Source: Nitrospirota bacterium (GTDB lineage Bacteria > Nitrospirota > UBA9217). From it: a DNA stretch of 64,000 bases. Where the stretch lies: the NCBI GenBank assembly GCA_963737155.1, contig CAVTRN010000001.1:512001-576000 (forward strand), in the 5' to 3' direction. Shown one piece after another: positions 39,282 through 48,409 of this stretch. The notes beneath the pieces were generated by a model. That model saw only the letters and a program-made list of their open reading frames with translations, searched no databases and had not been told where the DNA came from. The translations under genes and the position numbers were made by a program. Every line of letters starts with the position of its first letter. The stretch's first letter is position 1.

Positions 39282-39660
39282 GCTTTAAGATCTCCTCTTC
39301 TAAGTTTATCAATTTTCGTGCTACCTTAAGGGCTCGGTAGTACCTGTCGTTCAGGACATGATCGCTGATCTGCTTGATGGTCTCCAACATGCTCGGGGCG
39401 GCAGTAAGAATGTCCCGGACCAGTTTCCAGTATATATTTCGATATTTGTCGAGATTTTTCTCATCCACATACATAAGCTGGACCGTTAAGTATACCCGCT
39501 TACAGGGAGTGTCGGCGTCCTGTCCACGCATAATGTCTTTTATGCGCAGAATGGGGACATTGTTTTCAATTATGAGGTCGCTCCTGACGTTCCCATTCAC
39601 CACGACTGCCCCCCCGATGATCAGCCGCTCGTGAGGTTTTAAAGATATCTTAAGCGCCAT
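39262..39660 (-). CDS. flbT: Flagellin translational regulator FlbT
   Basis: MALKISLKPHERLIIGGAVVVNG, ADTPCKRVY..VQLMY, YYRALK.ARKLI. Confidence 0.92.
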   Translation of the reverse strand: MALKISLKPHERLIIGGAVVVNGNVRSDLIIENNVPILRIKDIMRGQDADTPCKRVYLTVQLMYVDEKNLDKYRNIYWKLVRDILTAAPSMLETIKQISDHVLNDRYYRALKVARKLINLEEEILKHASKTN

Positions 39661-39684
39661 GAATTAGCCCATTCCTCTCGCGCA

Positions 39685-40161
39685 TCAAACGTTTACATTG
39701 ATGACGGCACCTGGTTGTTCGCCGCCGGACACAGTCGTTCCGCTGCTGATTGTGCTGCTCGTGCATTGACTGACGGCATGTAAAGCTGCGGCCATTTCGG
39801 TGTCAGTCGCATTATCCGTCAGTTGTATCCCGGATAATTGTTTTTTTGTATCAGCGGACACTGACGAATTTATTGCGCTATCCAGTACCGACTTCACGGC
39901 CTTTATCGTGTCGATCCTCTGCGGACTCCCTGCAGGGAACCAGGGTGGATAAGTAGTGAAGATGGCACTGAGTTGCTTTTTGATATAATCGGCATTATTG
40001 ATGGCAGAGGGCATTTGGCTTTGTGAAGCCGGATTCTGATTTATGCTGCTGCCCGAAACCGACGAGCTGCTTGCGGACAAATCGCCATTGTTCACGCTTG
40101 GTACTGATGTGGATGATACTCCAGGCAGGGCCGACAACGATGTTATCCCGTTAATGTCCAT
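39685..40161 (-). CDS. Ser-rich hypothetical protein downstream of flagellin
   Basis: 158 aa; AGGAG RBS; YPPWFPAGSPQR core; ends VINVNV. Confidence 0.7.
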   Translation of the reverse strand: MDINGITSLSALPGVSSTSVPSVNNGDLSASSSSVSGSSINQNPASQSQMPSAINNADYIKKQLSAIFTTYPPWFPAGSPQRIDTIKAVKSVLDSAINSSVSADTKKQLSGIQLTDNATDTEMAAALHAVSQCTSSTISSGTTVSGGEQPGAVINVNV

Positions 40162-40182
40162 ATTTGCTCCTCGTTACGTATA

Positions 40183-40217
40183 ATGAAGATGGAGGGCTGC
40201 AAGCCCCCCATCTTCAT
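40183..40217 (-). terminator. Strong hairpin just after flagellin (terminator or mRNA stabiliser)
   Basis: ATGAAGATGG-AGGGC-TGCAA-GCCCC-CCATCTTCAT; weak U-tract. Confidence 0.6.
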
Positions 40218-40232
40218 ATTAACGTCAAGTAA

Positions 40233-41090
40233 TTACGAGAACAGTTTCAGAACGGATTGCGCTGACTGCGATGCCAGGCTTAGTGCCGTGACGCCGAGTG
40301 ATTGCTGCGTCTGTAAGGCAAGCATATTCGCGCCCTCTTCGTTCATGTCAGCGAGCGTAAGATCACCGGAGCCTGTCTGAAGTGTGTCGATCATGGCGGT
40401 TGTAAATGACTGCCGGGCGTTGACGACCGCAAGACTGCCTGAGAGGTTCTGTGAATCCGTCTGTAGCGTTGCTATTGCTGTATTGAGGTCGGCTGAAGCA
40501 GCTGTAAGTGATGCCGTTACAAGACTACCACCGCTTACCCATTGACTGGCGCCTGTCGAGGCAGTAGTCAACCCGAGACCACCGGTGCCAGCCACTCCGG
40601 AGTCGGCAGTCACACCACTAATCGTCATTGTTGACGTGCCGGTTTGGTTAAAGGTGAGTGTCAAATTGTTGCTTTGCAGGAGATTGGTGCCATTATAGCC
40701 GGAATCTGCCGCCAGATTGTCGATCTGAGTCATAATACTGTCATATTGGGTGGCATAAGCAGAAACGCTTGTCGTGTTAGAAGTACTGAGCGCCGACTGT
40801 ACAATACCTTGAGCTGCTTGAATCAGCGAGGTTATGCCAGTGATGCCGTTGTTCGCGGCCTGGATCGTTTGAACCCCCTGCGACATCTGGTCACCCAGCG
40901 TGCTGAGCGCACTGGCAGTTTGGTTCAGATTCTGGGCGGCGAAGAAAGCTGTCGGATTATCGAGGGCGCTATTCACCTTGTTGCCGGACGACAAATCCTC
41001 CTGGGTTGTGTTTATTTGAGTCTGGATGTTCTGCAGTGAGATAAGGTTTTGCCTCATTCCCGAGGTCAATGCGATGTTAGAGATAGTCAT
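40233..41090 (-). CDS. fliC: Flagellin, alphaproteobacterial type
   Basis: MRQNLISLQ...LSSGNKVNSALDNP, DSGYNGTNLL, LTLADMNEEGANMLALQTQQSL...SVLKLF. Confidence 0.95.
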   Translation of the reverse strand: MTISNIALTSGMRQNLISLQNIQTQINTTQEDLSSGNKVNSALDNPTAFFAAQNLNQTASALSTLGDQMSQGVQTIQAANNGITGITSLIQAAQGIVQSALSTSNTTSVSAYATQYDSIMTQIDNLAADSGYNGTNLLQSNNLTLTFNQTGTSTMTISGVTADSGVAGTGGLGLTTASTGASQWVSGGSLVTASLTAASADLNTAIATLQTDSQNLSGSLAVVNARQSFTTAMIDTLQTGSGDLTLADMNEEGANMLALQTQQSLGVTALSLASQSAQSVLKLFS

Positions 41091-41252
41091 GGTGTTTCTC
41101 CTTTTCTAGGTTTATTGCCGGCAATTCTTGCCGGACGGTGAATAGTCTAACTAATGCCGATGATACCGGCCTTTCGATCAAGGCGCCGGACCGGTCTCTT
41201 ATTATTTCTGTCCCCCTTTCTGACCGTAGATTCCTTCGCCTTTGTATACGTC

Positions 41253-41279
41253 TTATCGGCAACTCAAAAAAAAACTTTA
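41253..41279 (-). promoter_or_regulatory. sigma28 promoter of flagellin
   Basis: Perfect TAAA-N15-GCCGATAA. Confidence 0.88.
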
Positions 41280-41345
41280 ATCGCAAATTTAAAAAACCCT
41301 TAACACGCTGCCAGTCCCGTCCATATGTTGAACTGCTTTTTTTCC

Positions 41346-41373
41346 TAAAGTTTTTTGCAGCATCGTCCGATAA
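41346..41373 (+). promoter_or_regulatory. Divergent sigma28-like promoter
   Basis: TAAAGTTT...TCCGATAA with a 16-nt spacer. Confidence 0.55.
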
Positions 41374-41427
41374 GAACAGCAAAGGTATGACTACAGTTAT
41401 TAGATCGGCAAGTTCCTGCGGAGCGAC

Positions 41428-41613
41428 ATGACCATTTACTCTTTTCAGATGAACGAAGCAGGAGACCTTTATAACAGGCTCGCCAAACTGAAACCATCGG
41501 CGATCCTGGAAACAGCGCTTGGTCAACCACAGGATGCCGTCAACATTGCGGTGGAAGCGAAGAAAAGCCAGATCAGGATAGAGGTCCTGGCTCAAATACG
41601 GAACGCGAGATAG
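41428..41613 (+). CDS. Small hypothetical protein (possibly FlgM-associated type)
   Basis: 61 aa, GGAG RBS, follows the sigma28-like promoter; QDAVNIAVEAK resembles the D-x-V-x-I-S motif of small flagellar proteins. Confidence 0.55.
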   Translation: MTIYSFQMNEAGDLYNRLAKLKPSAILETALGQPQDAVNIAVEAKKSQIRIEVLAQIRNAR

Positions 41614-41644
41614 CATAGGCTTTCGCTTTAAGGATGGAATACAA

Positions 41645-42247
41645 GTGGTAGACAAAAAAGATTTCAAAATACTCGTCGCAGATGACGATGACATTGTACG
41701 TGACGTCATCGCCAGCCTTCTCTCCCGGGAAGGGTACTTCGTGGCCACTGTCGTGGACGGTCTTGAAGCCATCAACCGGCTCAGGATAGAGGACTTTCAT
41801 CTCGTCATCACCGACCACAAGATGCCCGGCGCGGACGGAATCGAAGTGCTCAAGTATGCCGTCCGGAGCAACTCCGATATAGCCGTTATCATCCTCACGG
41901 CCTACGGGACCCTCGATACAACCCTCGCAGCAATCACTGAAGGCGCCTTCGATTACCTGACCAAGCCATTCAAGACGCAGGAAATCACCATTCTCGCGCA
42001 GCGGGCCTTTCAACGGGCGCAGCTCATTGCAGATAATCATGAGCTCAAGAAGAACCTGCGCGAAACCTATCGCGACCTGGAGCTGCTCAAGAACGTTACT
42101 TTGAGCAACAACCCCGATGTGACTACGGGCTGGCTGGAACGCATCGAGAAGCTCAGAAATATGAATGTACTTCTCGCCCACGAGGCAGAGGTCTTGAAGG
42201 AAAGGCTGGTCAAAGGCAATGCAGCGTGGCAAGATACTCATCGTTGA
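41645..42247 (+). CDS. Response regulator (receiver plus short helical tail)
   Basis: ILVADDD, VITDHKMPGADG, LTAYG and YLTKPF motifs. Confidence 0.88.
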   Translation: MVDKKDFKILVADDDDIVRDVIASLLSREGYFVATVVDGLEAINRLRIEDFHLVITDHKMPGADGIEVLKYAVRSNSDIAVIILTAYGTLDTTLAAITEGAFDYLTKPFKTQEITILAQRAFQRAQLIADNHELKKNLRETYRDLELLKNVTLSNNPDVTTGWLERIEKLRNMNVLLAHEAEVLKERLVKGNAAWQDTHR

Positions 42248-42788
42248 CGACGATCCGCTGATCCGGGACGTCCTCTCATCCATTTTTGAGATGACCGGGC
42301 ACTATGACACGGAAATCGCAGGCGACGGACTCGCTAGCATCGAAGAGCGGGATTCATACACCAAACAGCATTCGGAGCGGGTCACCGTCTATGCCCTCCG
42401 GTTCGGCGGCTACCTCCATGACATCGGGAAAATCGGCGTCCAAGACACGATCCTGCTCAAGCCCGAGGAGAAGAACGAAATCAACTTGCATCCAATCATC
42501 GGGGGGAATATAATAAAACCCTTGCAGTTCTTCCCGAAGGAACGTGAACTCATTCTGCATCATCATGAGCATTTTAACGGAAGCGGCTACCCTGATCGCC
42601 TTTCAGGATCGGCCATTCCTGTGGGTGCCCGGATACTCGCTGTTGCCGATGCCTATGACGCCATGACCTCGGTTCGCCCTTACCGTCGGGCTAGGCCGCA
42701 CGATCATGCGGTCATGGAACTTAAACGGTATTCACGGATTCAGTTTGACAGGGAAGTCGTCATGGCTTTTTTGCAAACACTGGCGTAA
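42219..42788 (+). pseudogene. Internally deleted receiver/HD-GYP phosphodiesterase (still in frame)
   Basis: Only about 38 aa of receiver, fused to an HD-GYP domain (HSERV, LHDIGK, HHHE..NGSGYP) that lacks two conserved segments. Confidence 0.65.
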
Positions 42789-42805
42789 AGGAGGGGAAAA
42801 CTACA

Positions 42806-43576
42806 ATGAGTCTGAATCCGGGAGACCAGGTCAGCTTCCGCTTGTTGCCCGCAGCTAACCGCTATCACGCCACTATTCAGTCTACTGACGAACACAACCT
42901 CGTTCTCCGGCTCTCGGCCGACTCACCCGCCGTGATCAATCGAGGCCAGAACCTCATGATCAGCGAGTTGGATACCGATATCGATTATTACAGCCAAGTG
43001 ATTTCCTCGGACGGACGGGTCCTTCAGCTGAAGCGGCTCTGGACGGGTAAGCGCGGCTATTTCCGTGTAGACGACGTTTTTCCAGTCGCGCACCGGAAAG
43101 TGGATGACAACGACCTTCGGCGCATATGCAGGATTTTTTCCGGCTTCGGCGTCGAGACTGAGGAGATGGAAGTCCCCGATGAGACAATAAACCCGAAGCT
43201 CTGGAAGATGCTGACCGACATAAACGCCAAGCTCACGATGATTATCGAGCGCCAGAACCTTGAAAAGGAGGGGCTCAGCCGGGTCGAAAGCAGGCCGGTA
43301 AACATCAGCGCATCGGGAATCCGGTTCGCCCTTCCCAACCGCTTCAACATTGGAGATATCCTGGAACTCAAGATGCTGCTCCCCGTCTATCCGCCCATGG
43401 GAGTACTCGTCCATGGCACCGTAGTGCGAGTGGAAGAGCTGGATAACGGCAATTTCAGAATCTCGCTGAACTTTGACGATCTCGCTGAAGAAGTCCGCGA
43501 CACGATCATTCAATACACCCTGAAGCGCCAGCGGGAGCTCATTCGCCGGGAGCGCCAAGGGGACCGGAACGAATAA
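42806..43576 (+). CDS. PilZ-domain c-di-GMP receptor
   Basis: KRGYFRVD (RxxxR) and NISASG motifs. Confidence 0.88.
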   Translation: MSLNPGDQVSFRLLPAANRYHATIQSTDEHNLVLRLSADSPAVINRGQNLMISELDTDIDYYSQVISSDGRVLQLKRLWTGKRGYFRVDDVFPVAHRKVDDNDLRRICRIFSGFGVETEEMEVPDETINPKLWKMLTDINAKLTMIIERQNLEKEGLSRVESRPVNISASGIRFALPNRFNIGDILELKMLLPVYPPMGVLVHGTVVRVEELDNGNFRISLNFDDLAEEVRDTIIQYTLKRQRELIRRERQGDRNE

Positions 43577-44328
43577 TGGACCGTGCAAGCATTATAGGGC
43601 TGCTCCTTGGCTTCGCGGCGATCGTCGGCGGGAACCTGCTCGAGGGCGGCAGGATCGACTCGATCTTCCAACCGACAGCTGCCCTCATTGTCTTCGGGGG
43701 AACCACTGGCGCGACGCTGCTCAGCTACCCTTTTCGGGACATTCTGAAAGCCTTTGCCGCCCTCCGTAAGGTGCTATTCGTGAAACCGACGGATTCCCGG
43801 GCGCTGATCACCGACATCGTGCGGTTTTCGATCCTGGCGCGACGGAGCGGTTTCATCGCCGTCGAAACCGAAATCAGGAAACTCGACCACCCTTTTTTCC
43901 AGAAGACCTTGAGCCTCGCGATCGCCGGCATGCTCCCTAAACTTCTCGTCGATACCATGGAGCAGGACAGCATGACCTTTGAGGACGAGAACCGGAGGAT
44001 CGCCAAGGTCTTTGAAACAGCGGGCGGGTTTGCGCCGACCATTGGGATCCTGGGGGCAGTGCTCGGACTTATCCATGTCATGGAAAACCTCTCCGATCCC
44101 GCGAAGCTGGGGTCGGGCATTGCCGTTGCCTTTGTTGCGACCATCTACGGCGTGGGGTCGGCAAACCTGATATTGCTGCCGATCTCGCGGAAGCTCACCA
44201 ATCGGCTGAACCATGAACTTTCCCAGCGGGCAATGATACTCGAGGGTGTCGTCGGCATCCAGTCGGGCTTGAATCCGCACTATCTCGAAGAGAGGCTCAA
44301 GACCTTTATCGAGGGAGAGTCGGAATAA
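43576..44328 (+). CDS. motA: Flagellar stator A subunit (MotC/PomA-like)
   Basis: GGFAPTIGILGAVLGLI, LGSGIAVAFVATIYG. Confidence 0.9.
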   Translation: MDRASIIGLLLGFAAIVGGNLLEGGRIDSIFQPTAALIVFGGTTGATLLSYPFRDILKAFAALRKVLFVKPTDSRALITDIVRFSILARRSGFIAVETEIRKLDHPFFQKTLSLAIAGMLPKLLVDTMEQDSMTFEDENRRIAKVFETAGGFAPTIGILGAVLGLIHVMENLSDPAKLGSGIAVAFVATIYGVGSANLILLPISRKLTNRLNHELSQRAMILEGVVGIQSGLNPHYLEERLKTFIEGESE

Positions 44329-44546
44329 TCGCGGACGAGGTCGGTTCATCTACGGGTTACGTCATCCTGGCTAGTTCGAAATCGTCCTTTTGTGTCTAAC
44401 GTGCCGCTATGATCCTGATAGCAGGAATAGCGGCTTCTAAAGAAGGCATCGGCACCGGTTTATTTTTATTCTGCCTGATCCGGCTTTTGAGCGTTCATCA
44501 GCGTCCCGGAAGCATTTGTTTATCTTGTTTTGATGGTGATTATCCC

Positions 44547-45236
44547 ATGAGCAAAAAGAGAAAACATGAAGAGCCTGAAAATACCGACCGCTGGGTGGTG
44601 TCGTACGCCGACTTCGTCACCCTGCTCTTCGCTTTTTTTACAACCATGTACGCTATAAGTCATGTGGATCTGGATAAACTCCAGCGTTTCTCCGGCTCCA
44701 TGAAATCGGCTTTTAAAGCGACGAGACAGGAAGGGGCTAACTCCACGGTCATCGATGGCATCAAACCCATCAACTATGCAGATGTCGGATTGGAGCGGGA
44801 CATTCAGGCCGAATTCAAAAAATTGGCTATGATAGACGCGATCACCGTGGAACGGGACCAGCGTGGCGTCATCATATCCATGCGAGACGATGTTCTTTTC
44901 GACACCGGCTCCGACGTCCTGAAGCAAAGCGCCCGTCCGATCCTCGCGATGATTGCGATGCTGATCAGAAATTCCCAGCGTGCGATCGTCGTGGAGGGGC
45001 ATACGGACAACATGCCTCTTCACAACTTGCGGTTTACGTCAAATCTCGAGTTGTCAACCGCCCGCGCCGCAAGCACCTATGCCTATTTGACGAGCGGGGA
45101 ATCGATCAGACCCGAACAAATGAGCGCTGCGGGGTATGGTGAATATCGCCCCATCGCATCAAACGCGACGCCCGAGGGAAGAGCTCGGAACAGGAGGGTA
45201 GATATACTCTTTGTCTCCAATAAGGATGGGATATAA
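44547..45236 (+). CDS. motB: Flagellar stator B subunit (MotD-like, OmpA domain)
   Basis: RWVVSYADFVTLLFAFF, EGHTD and NRRVDI motifs. Confidence 0.9.
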   Translation: MSKKRKHEEPENTDRWVVSYADFVTLLFAFFTTMYAISHVDLDKLQRFSGSMKSAFKATRQEGANSTVIDGIKPINYADVGLERDIQAEFKKLAMIDAITVERDQRGVIISMRDDVLFDTGSDVLKQSARPILAMIAMLIRNSQRAIVVEGHTDNMPLHNLRFTSNLELSTARAASTYAYLTSGESIRPEQMSAAGYGEYRPIASNATPEGRARNRRVDILFVSNKDGI

Positions 45237-46701
45237 AATACTTTTTGCTGAGAGCAACGAGGCAAACCGAGAACGCCTAACCACGGCTTTCGGACAGTGC
45301 GGCATGTCCGCGCACCTCGAATTTGCTTCTTCTCCGGAAGCGGTTTTCGAAGTCATGAAAAGGGAGGCCTTCGATGTGCTCTTCTTCAACCAGGCCCAGT
45401 TCGGCCTGGACGCCTTAGAAGTCGTAAACCGTCTTCGGTCCCTGCAGCGAGAGACGCCCGTGATCATGATGTCACAGCAGACAAACGGCGACGCCGTGCT
45501 GCGTGCTTTGCAGGACGGAGCTGCGGACTGCGTATCAGCCGAGCCCGATGCTTTCGACAATTATCCCATTGTCGCCGGGCGTGTGATTACCCGCTTCGAG
45601 GCGGCCCATGAGAATACCGAACGATCTCGGGCGATCATGAGCAGCCGAAAACAGTGGATGTCGCTCATCGACGCCATTACGGATTACATATTCGTTTTGG
45701 ACGAAGAGCAGGCCCTGGTCAAGGTAAACCGAACCTTTGCTTCAGCCATTGGCAGGCATCCGCGGGAACTCGTCGGTAAACGGATCAAGGACGTCTTCGG
45801 CCTAGAAAACCCAAGCCCGGAGATTCTTCGCTCCGTCCTGAACGAAGGCACCCCCCGGATCTATGAAAAAAAAATCGGCGAAGAGATTTATCAGATAAGC
45901 ATCTTCCCGCTCCAGGAGGAAAATCGGGTCCTCACGGTTCATTTGATGAAAAACATTACCGAGGTCAGAAGGCTTAAGGATCAATTGTACAATGCCGACA
46001 AGCTGGCATCCATCGGCTTGTTAGTGTCCGGCGTTGCACACGAGATCAACAATCCCCTCACCGGCACGATTGCCTACACAGAACTCCTTGCCATGAAAGT
46101 CACTGATGAGGGGGTCCTTGCCGAGCTGAAAAAAATTCTTGATAGCGCCGAACGGTGCAAAAAGATAGTCAATAATCTCCTGACCTTCTCCCGGCAACGC
46201 ATGCCGTCTAAAAGCCTCGAATCCATCAACGACATCATTGACCGGGCCATCGATCTCCGGATCTATTGGCTCAAATCAAACAACATCGAGATCGTTCGCG
46301 AGTACGACCCCGTTGCAACGGTGCTTGTCGATGCACAGCAAATCCAGCAGGTCATGCTAAATCTGCTTCTGAACGCCGAACAGGCCCTCGTGAACACCGG
46401 TCGGGCGAACCCGAGGATACGGTTCGTGACCCGATCTGACAAGGCAAATCACCGGCTCGTGATTGAGGTGATCGACAACGGACCCGGCATACCAAGCAGT
46501 GTTGCCTCAAAAATTTTCGATCCCTTCTTCTCCACGAAGTCGGTGGGCATCGGCACCGGACTAGGTCTTTCGATATCGCACGGGATCATCGCTGAGCATG
46601 GCGGAGCCATTCGTTTTGAGAATGCCGAAGGGGGGGGAGCGGCGTTTATCATTGAACTCCCCACCGGAACCGGCGCGCACACGGAAGCGGCAAACAACTA
46701 G
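45226..46701 (+). CDS. Pseudo-receiver-PAS-histidine kinase
   Basis: AHEINNPL H-box, NAEQA, DNGPGI, FDPFFSTK and GTGLGL motifs; the receiver lacks the phospho-Asp. Confidence 0.88.
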   Translation: MGYKILFAESNEANRERLTTAFGQCGMSAHLEFASSPEAVFEVMKREAFDVLFFNQAQFGLDALEVVNRLRSLQRETPVIMMSQQTNGDAVLRALQDGAADCVSAEPDAFDNYPIVAGRVITRFEAAHENTERSRAIMSSRKQWMSLIDAITDYIFVLDEEQALVKVNRTFASAIGRHPRELVGKRIKDVFGLENPSPEILRSVLNEGTPRIYEKKIGEEIYQISIFPLQEENRVLTVHLMKNITEVRRLKDQLYNADKLASIGLLVSGVAHEINNPLTGTIAYTELLAMKVTDEGVLAELKKILDSAERCKKIVNNLLTFSRQRMPSKSLESINDIIDRAIDLRIYWLKSNNIEIVREYDPVATVLVDAQQIQQVMLNLLLNAEQALVNTGRANPRIRFVTRSDKANHRLVIEVIDNGPGIPSSVASKIFDPFFSTKSVGIGTGLGLSISHGIIAEHGGAIRFENAEGGGAAFIIELPTGTGAHTEAANN

Positions 46702-46724
46702 GGAAAGCGGGTAGACAGAACTCT

Positions 46725-47582
46725 ATGTTTCCAATCATCGGTGCGGTTGTGCTTTTGGGCTGTATCATCAGCGGCTATCTCATGGAAGAGGGGAATCTCC
46801 ATGTCCTGTTCCAGCCGGCGGAACTCATTATTATCGGCGGAGCGGCCGTTGGTGCTTTCATTATCTCCTCGACACCGCGGGTCTTCGGTCTTGTTTTAAA
46901 AGGGTTGGCCTCGGTACTCGGCGGGAAACCCCAGAGCAAGGCAACATATCTGGAACTCCTGTCTCTCCTTTACCAGCTTTTTTCCAAGATCAGGAAGGAA
47001 GGGCTTATTTCCATTGAATCTGATATTGAAACCCCCGATCAAAGCTCTATCTTCCGCAAGTACCCAAGCGTATTATCAAACCACCACGTGCTCAGCTTTA
47101 TCTGCGACAACCTGAAGGTGATCATCACTGCGAACGTGCCCCCCCACGAGTTAGACAACCTAATGGAAATCGAGATCGACACTCATCATCATCAGGCCTT
47201 GATCCCCGCGCACAGCATCTCAAAGATTGCCGACGGGCTCCCAGCGCTCGGTATCGTTGCGGCCGTACTCGGCGTGGTGCTCACCATGGGAAAAATCTCG
47301 GAACCGCCTGCCGTACTCGGCCACTCGATCGGCGCGGCCCTCGTCGGCACCTTTCTCGGCGTGCTGCTGTCGTACGGCTTCGTCGGTCCCATTGCCACTA
47401 ACCTGGAAAGCAAGGCCGAAGAGGGCGGGGCGCCCCTGCATGTTATCAGGGTGGCCCTCGTTGCATTCATCGGCGGCTCGGCGCCACAGATGGCTGTGGA
47501 GTTCGGGAGACGGGCGGTGCCGGACAGGGAAAAACCGACGTTCAATGAACTGGAGAGCATGGTGCGAGGCAAGGCCAAGTAG
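46725..47582 (+). CDS. motA: Flagellar stator MotA (enteric type)
   Basis: QPAELIIIGGAA, DGLPALGIVAAVLGVV, ALVGTFLG and AVEFGR motifs. Confidence 0.93.
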   Translation: MFPIIGAVVLLGCIISGYLMEEGNLHVLFQPAELIIIGGAAVGAFIISSTPRVFGLVLKGLASVLGGKPQSKATYLELLSLLYQLFSKIRKEGLISIESDIETPDQSSIFRKYPSVLSNHHVLSFICDNLKVIITANVPPHELDNLMEIEIDTHHHQALIPAHSISKIADGLPALGIVAAVLGVVLTMGKISEPPAVLGHSIGAALVGTFLGVLLSYGFVGPIATNLESKAEEGGAPLHVIRVALVAFIGGSAPQMAVEFGRRAVPDREKPTFNELESMVRGKAK

Positions 47583-47617
47583 CTTCCACTCCACGAGAGG
47601 AAGAGGAGTACTATCAG

Positions 47618-48409
47618 ATGACGGACCAAAAATCAAGGCTTATCATTAAAAAAGTCAAGAAGGTGACTGTCGGCGGAGCGCACGGTGGAAGTTGGAAAGT
47701 CGCTTATGCTGATTTCGTTACCGCCATGATGGCTTTCTTCCTGCTGCTCTGGCTCCTTTCTATGGTAGCTCCAGAGAAGCGGGCCCGCCTTTCAGCCTAT
47801 TTCAAGAATTTCAGTATTTTTGAAAAGAGCGGCACCTCGTTCATGCAACAATCGAGCGAAGTGTTTAACGAGGTCGGAGAATCCGGGCAGAAGGTCCCAC
47901 AGGAAATGATAGGCCAACACGCGATGAAGCCGGAGCAGTTCAAGGAAGCGGTTAAAAACGCAATTGAATCTAAACTGAACGACATCAAAGACCAGATCAT
48001 TGTCGATGTTTTCGAAGGCGGGGTCCGGATTCAGCTCGTGGACAAAGCTGGCAAACCCATGTTTGACCTAGGTTCGTCCAAGCCGACACCTCTTGCCCAA
48101 CGGATCATGGCAGTTCTTGGCGAGCAGATCAAGCCTCTTCCCAATACCGTTTCCGTTGAAGGGCATACCGATTCCCTTGCCTACAAATCATCGATCTACG
48201 GAAACTGGGAACTCTCGACCGAACGCGCTCTTTCCGCGAAAAAGCAGCTGGAATCCTACGGCCTGAACCCAAACCGCCTAATCCGCGTCGCCGGCTATGC
48301 CGACACCGTACCCTTAGTCAAAGAGGACCCTGAAGACCCCCGCAACCGGCGCATCAGCATCATCCTGCTCTTTCCCCAAGCACCCGCTCAACCGATCCAG
48401 CTCAAGTAG
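47618..48409 (+). CDS. motB: Flagellar stator MotB (enteric type)
   Basis: HGGSWKVAYADFVTAMMAFF, EGHTD, NWELS and NRRISI motifs. Confidence 0.93.
   Translation: MTDQKSRLIIKKVKKVTVGGAHGGSWKVAYADFVTAMMAFFLLLWLLSMVAPEKRARLSAYFKNFSIFEKSGTSFMQQSSEVFNEVGESGQKVPQEMIGQHAMKPEQFKEAVKNAIESKLNDIKDQIIVDVFEGGVRIQLVDKAGKPMFDLGSSKPTPLAQRIMAVLGEQIKPLPNTVSVEGHTDSLAYKSSIYGNWELSTERALSAKKQLESYGLNPNRLIRVAGYADTVPLVKEDPEDPRNRRISIILLFPQAPAQPIQLK

Noticed and set aside
44409-44546. N-terminal extension of the first motB
   Set aside because: Runs through a degenerate repeat; the typical MotB start is MSKKRKHEE at 44547
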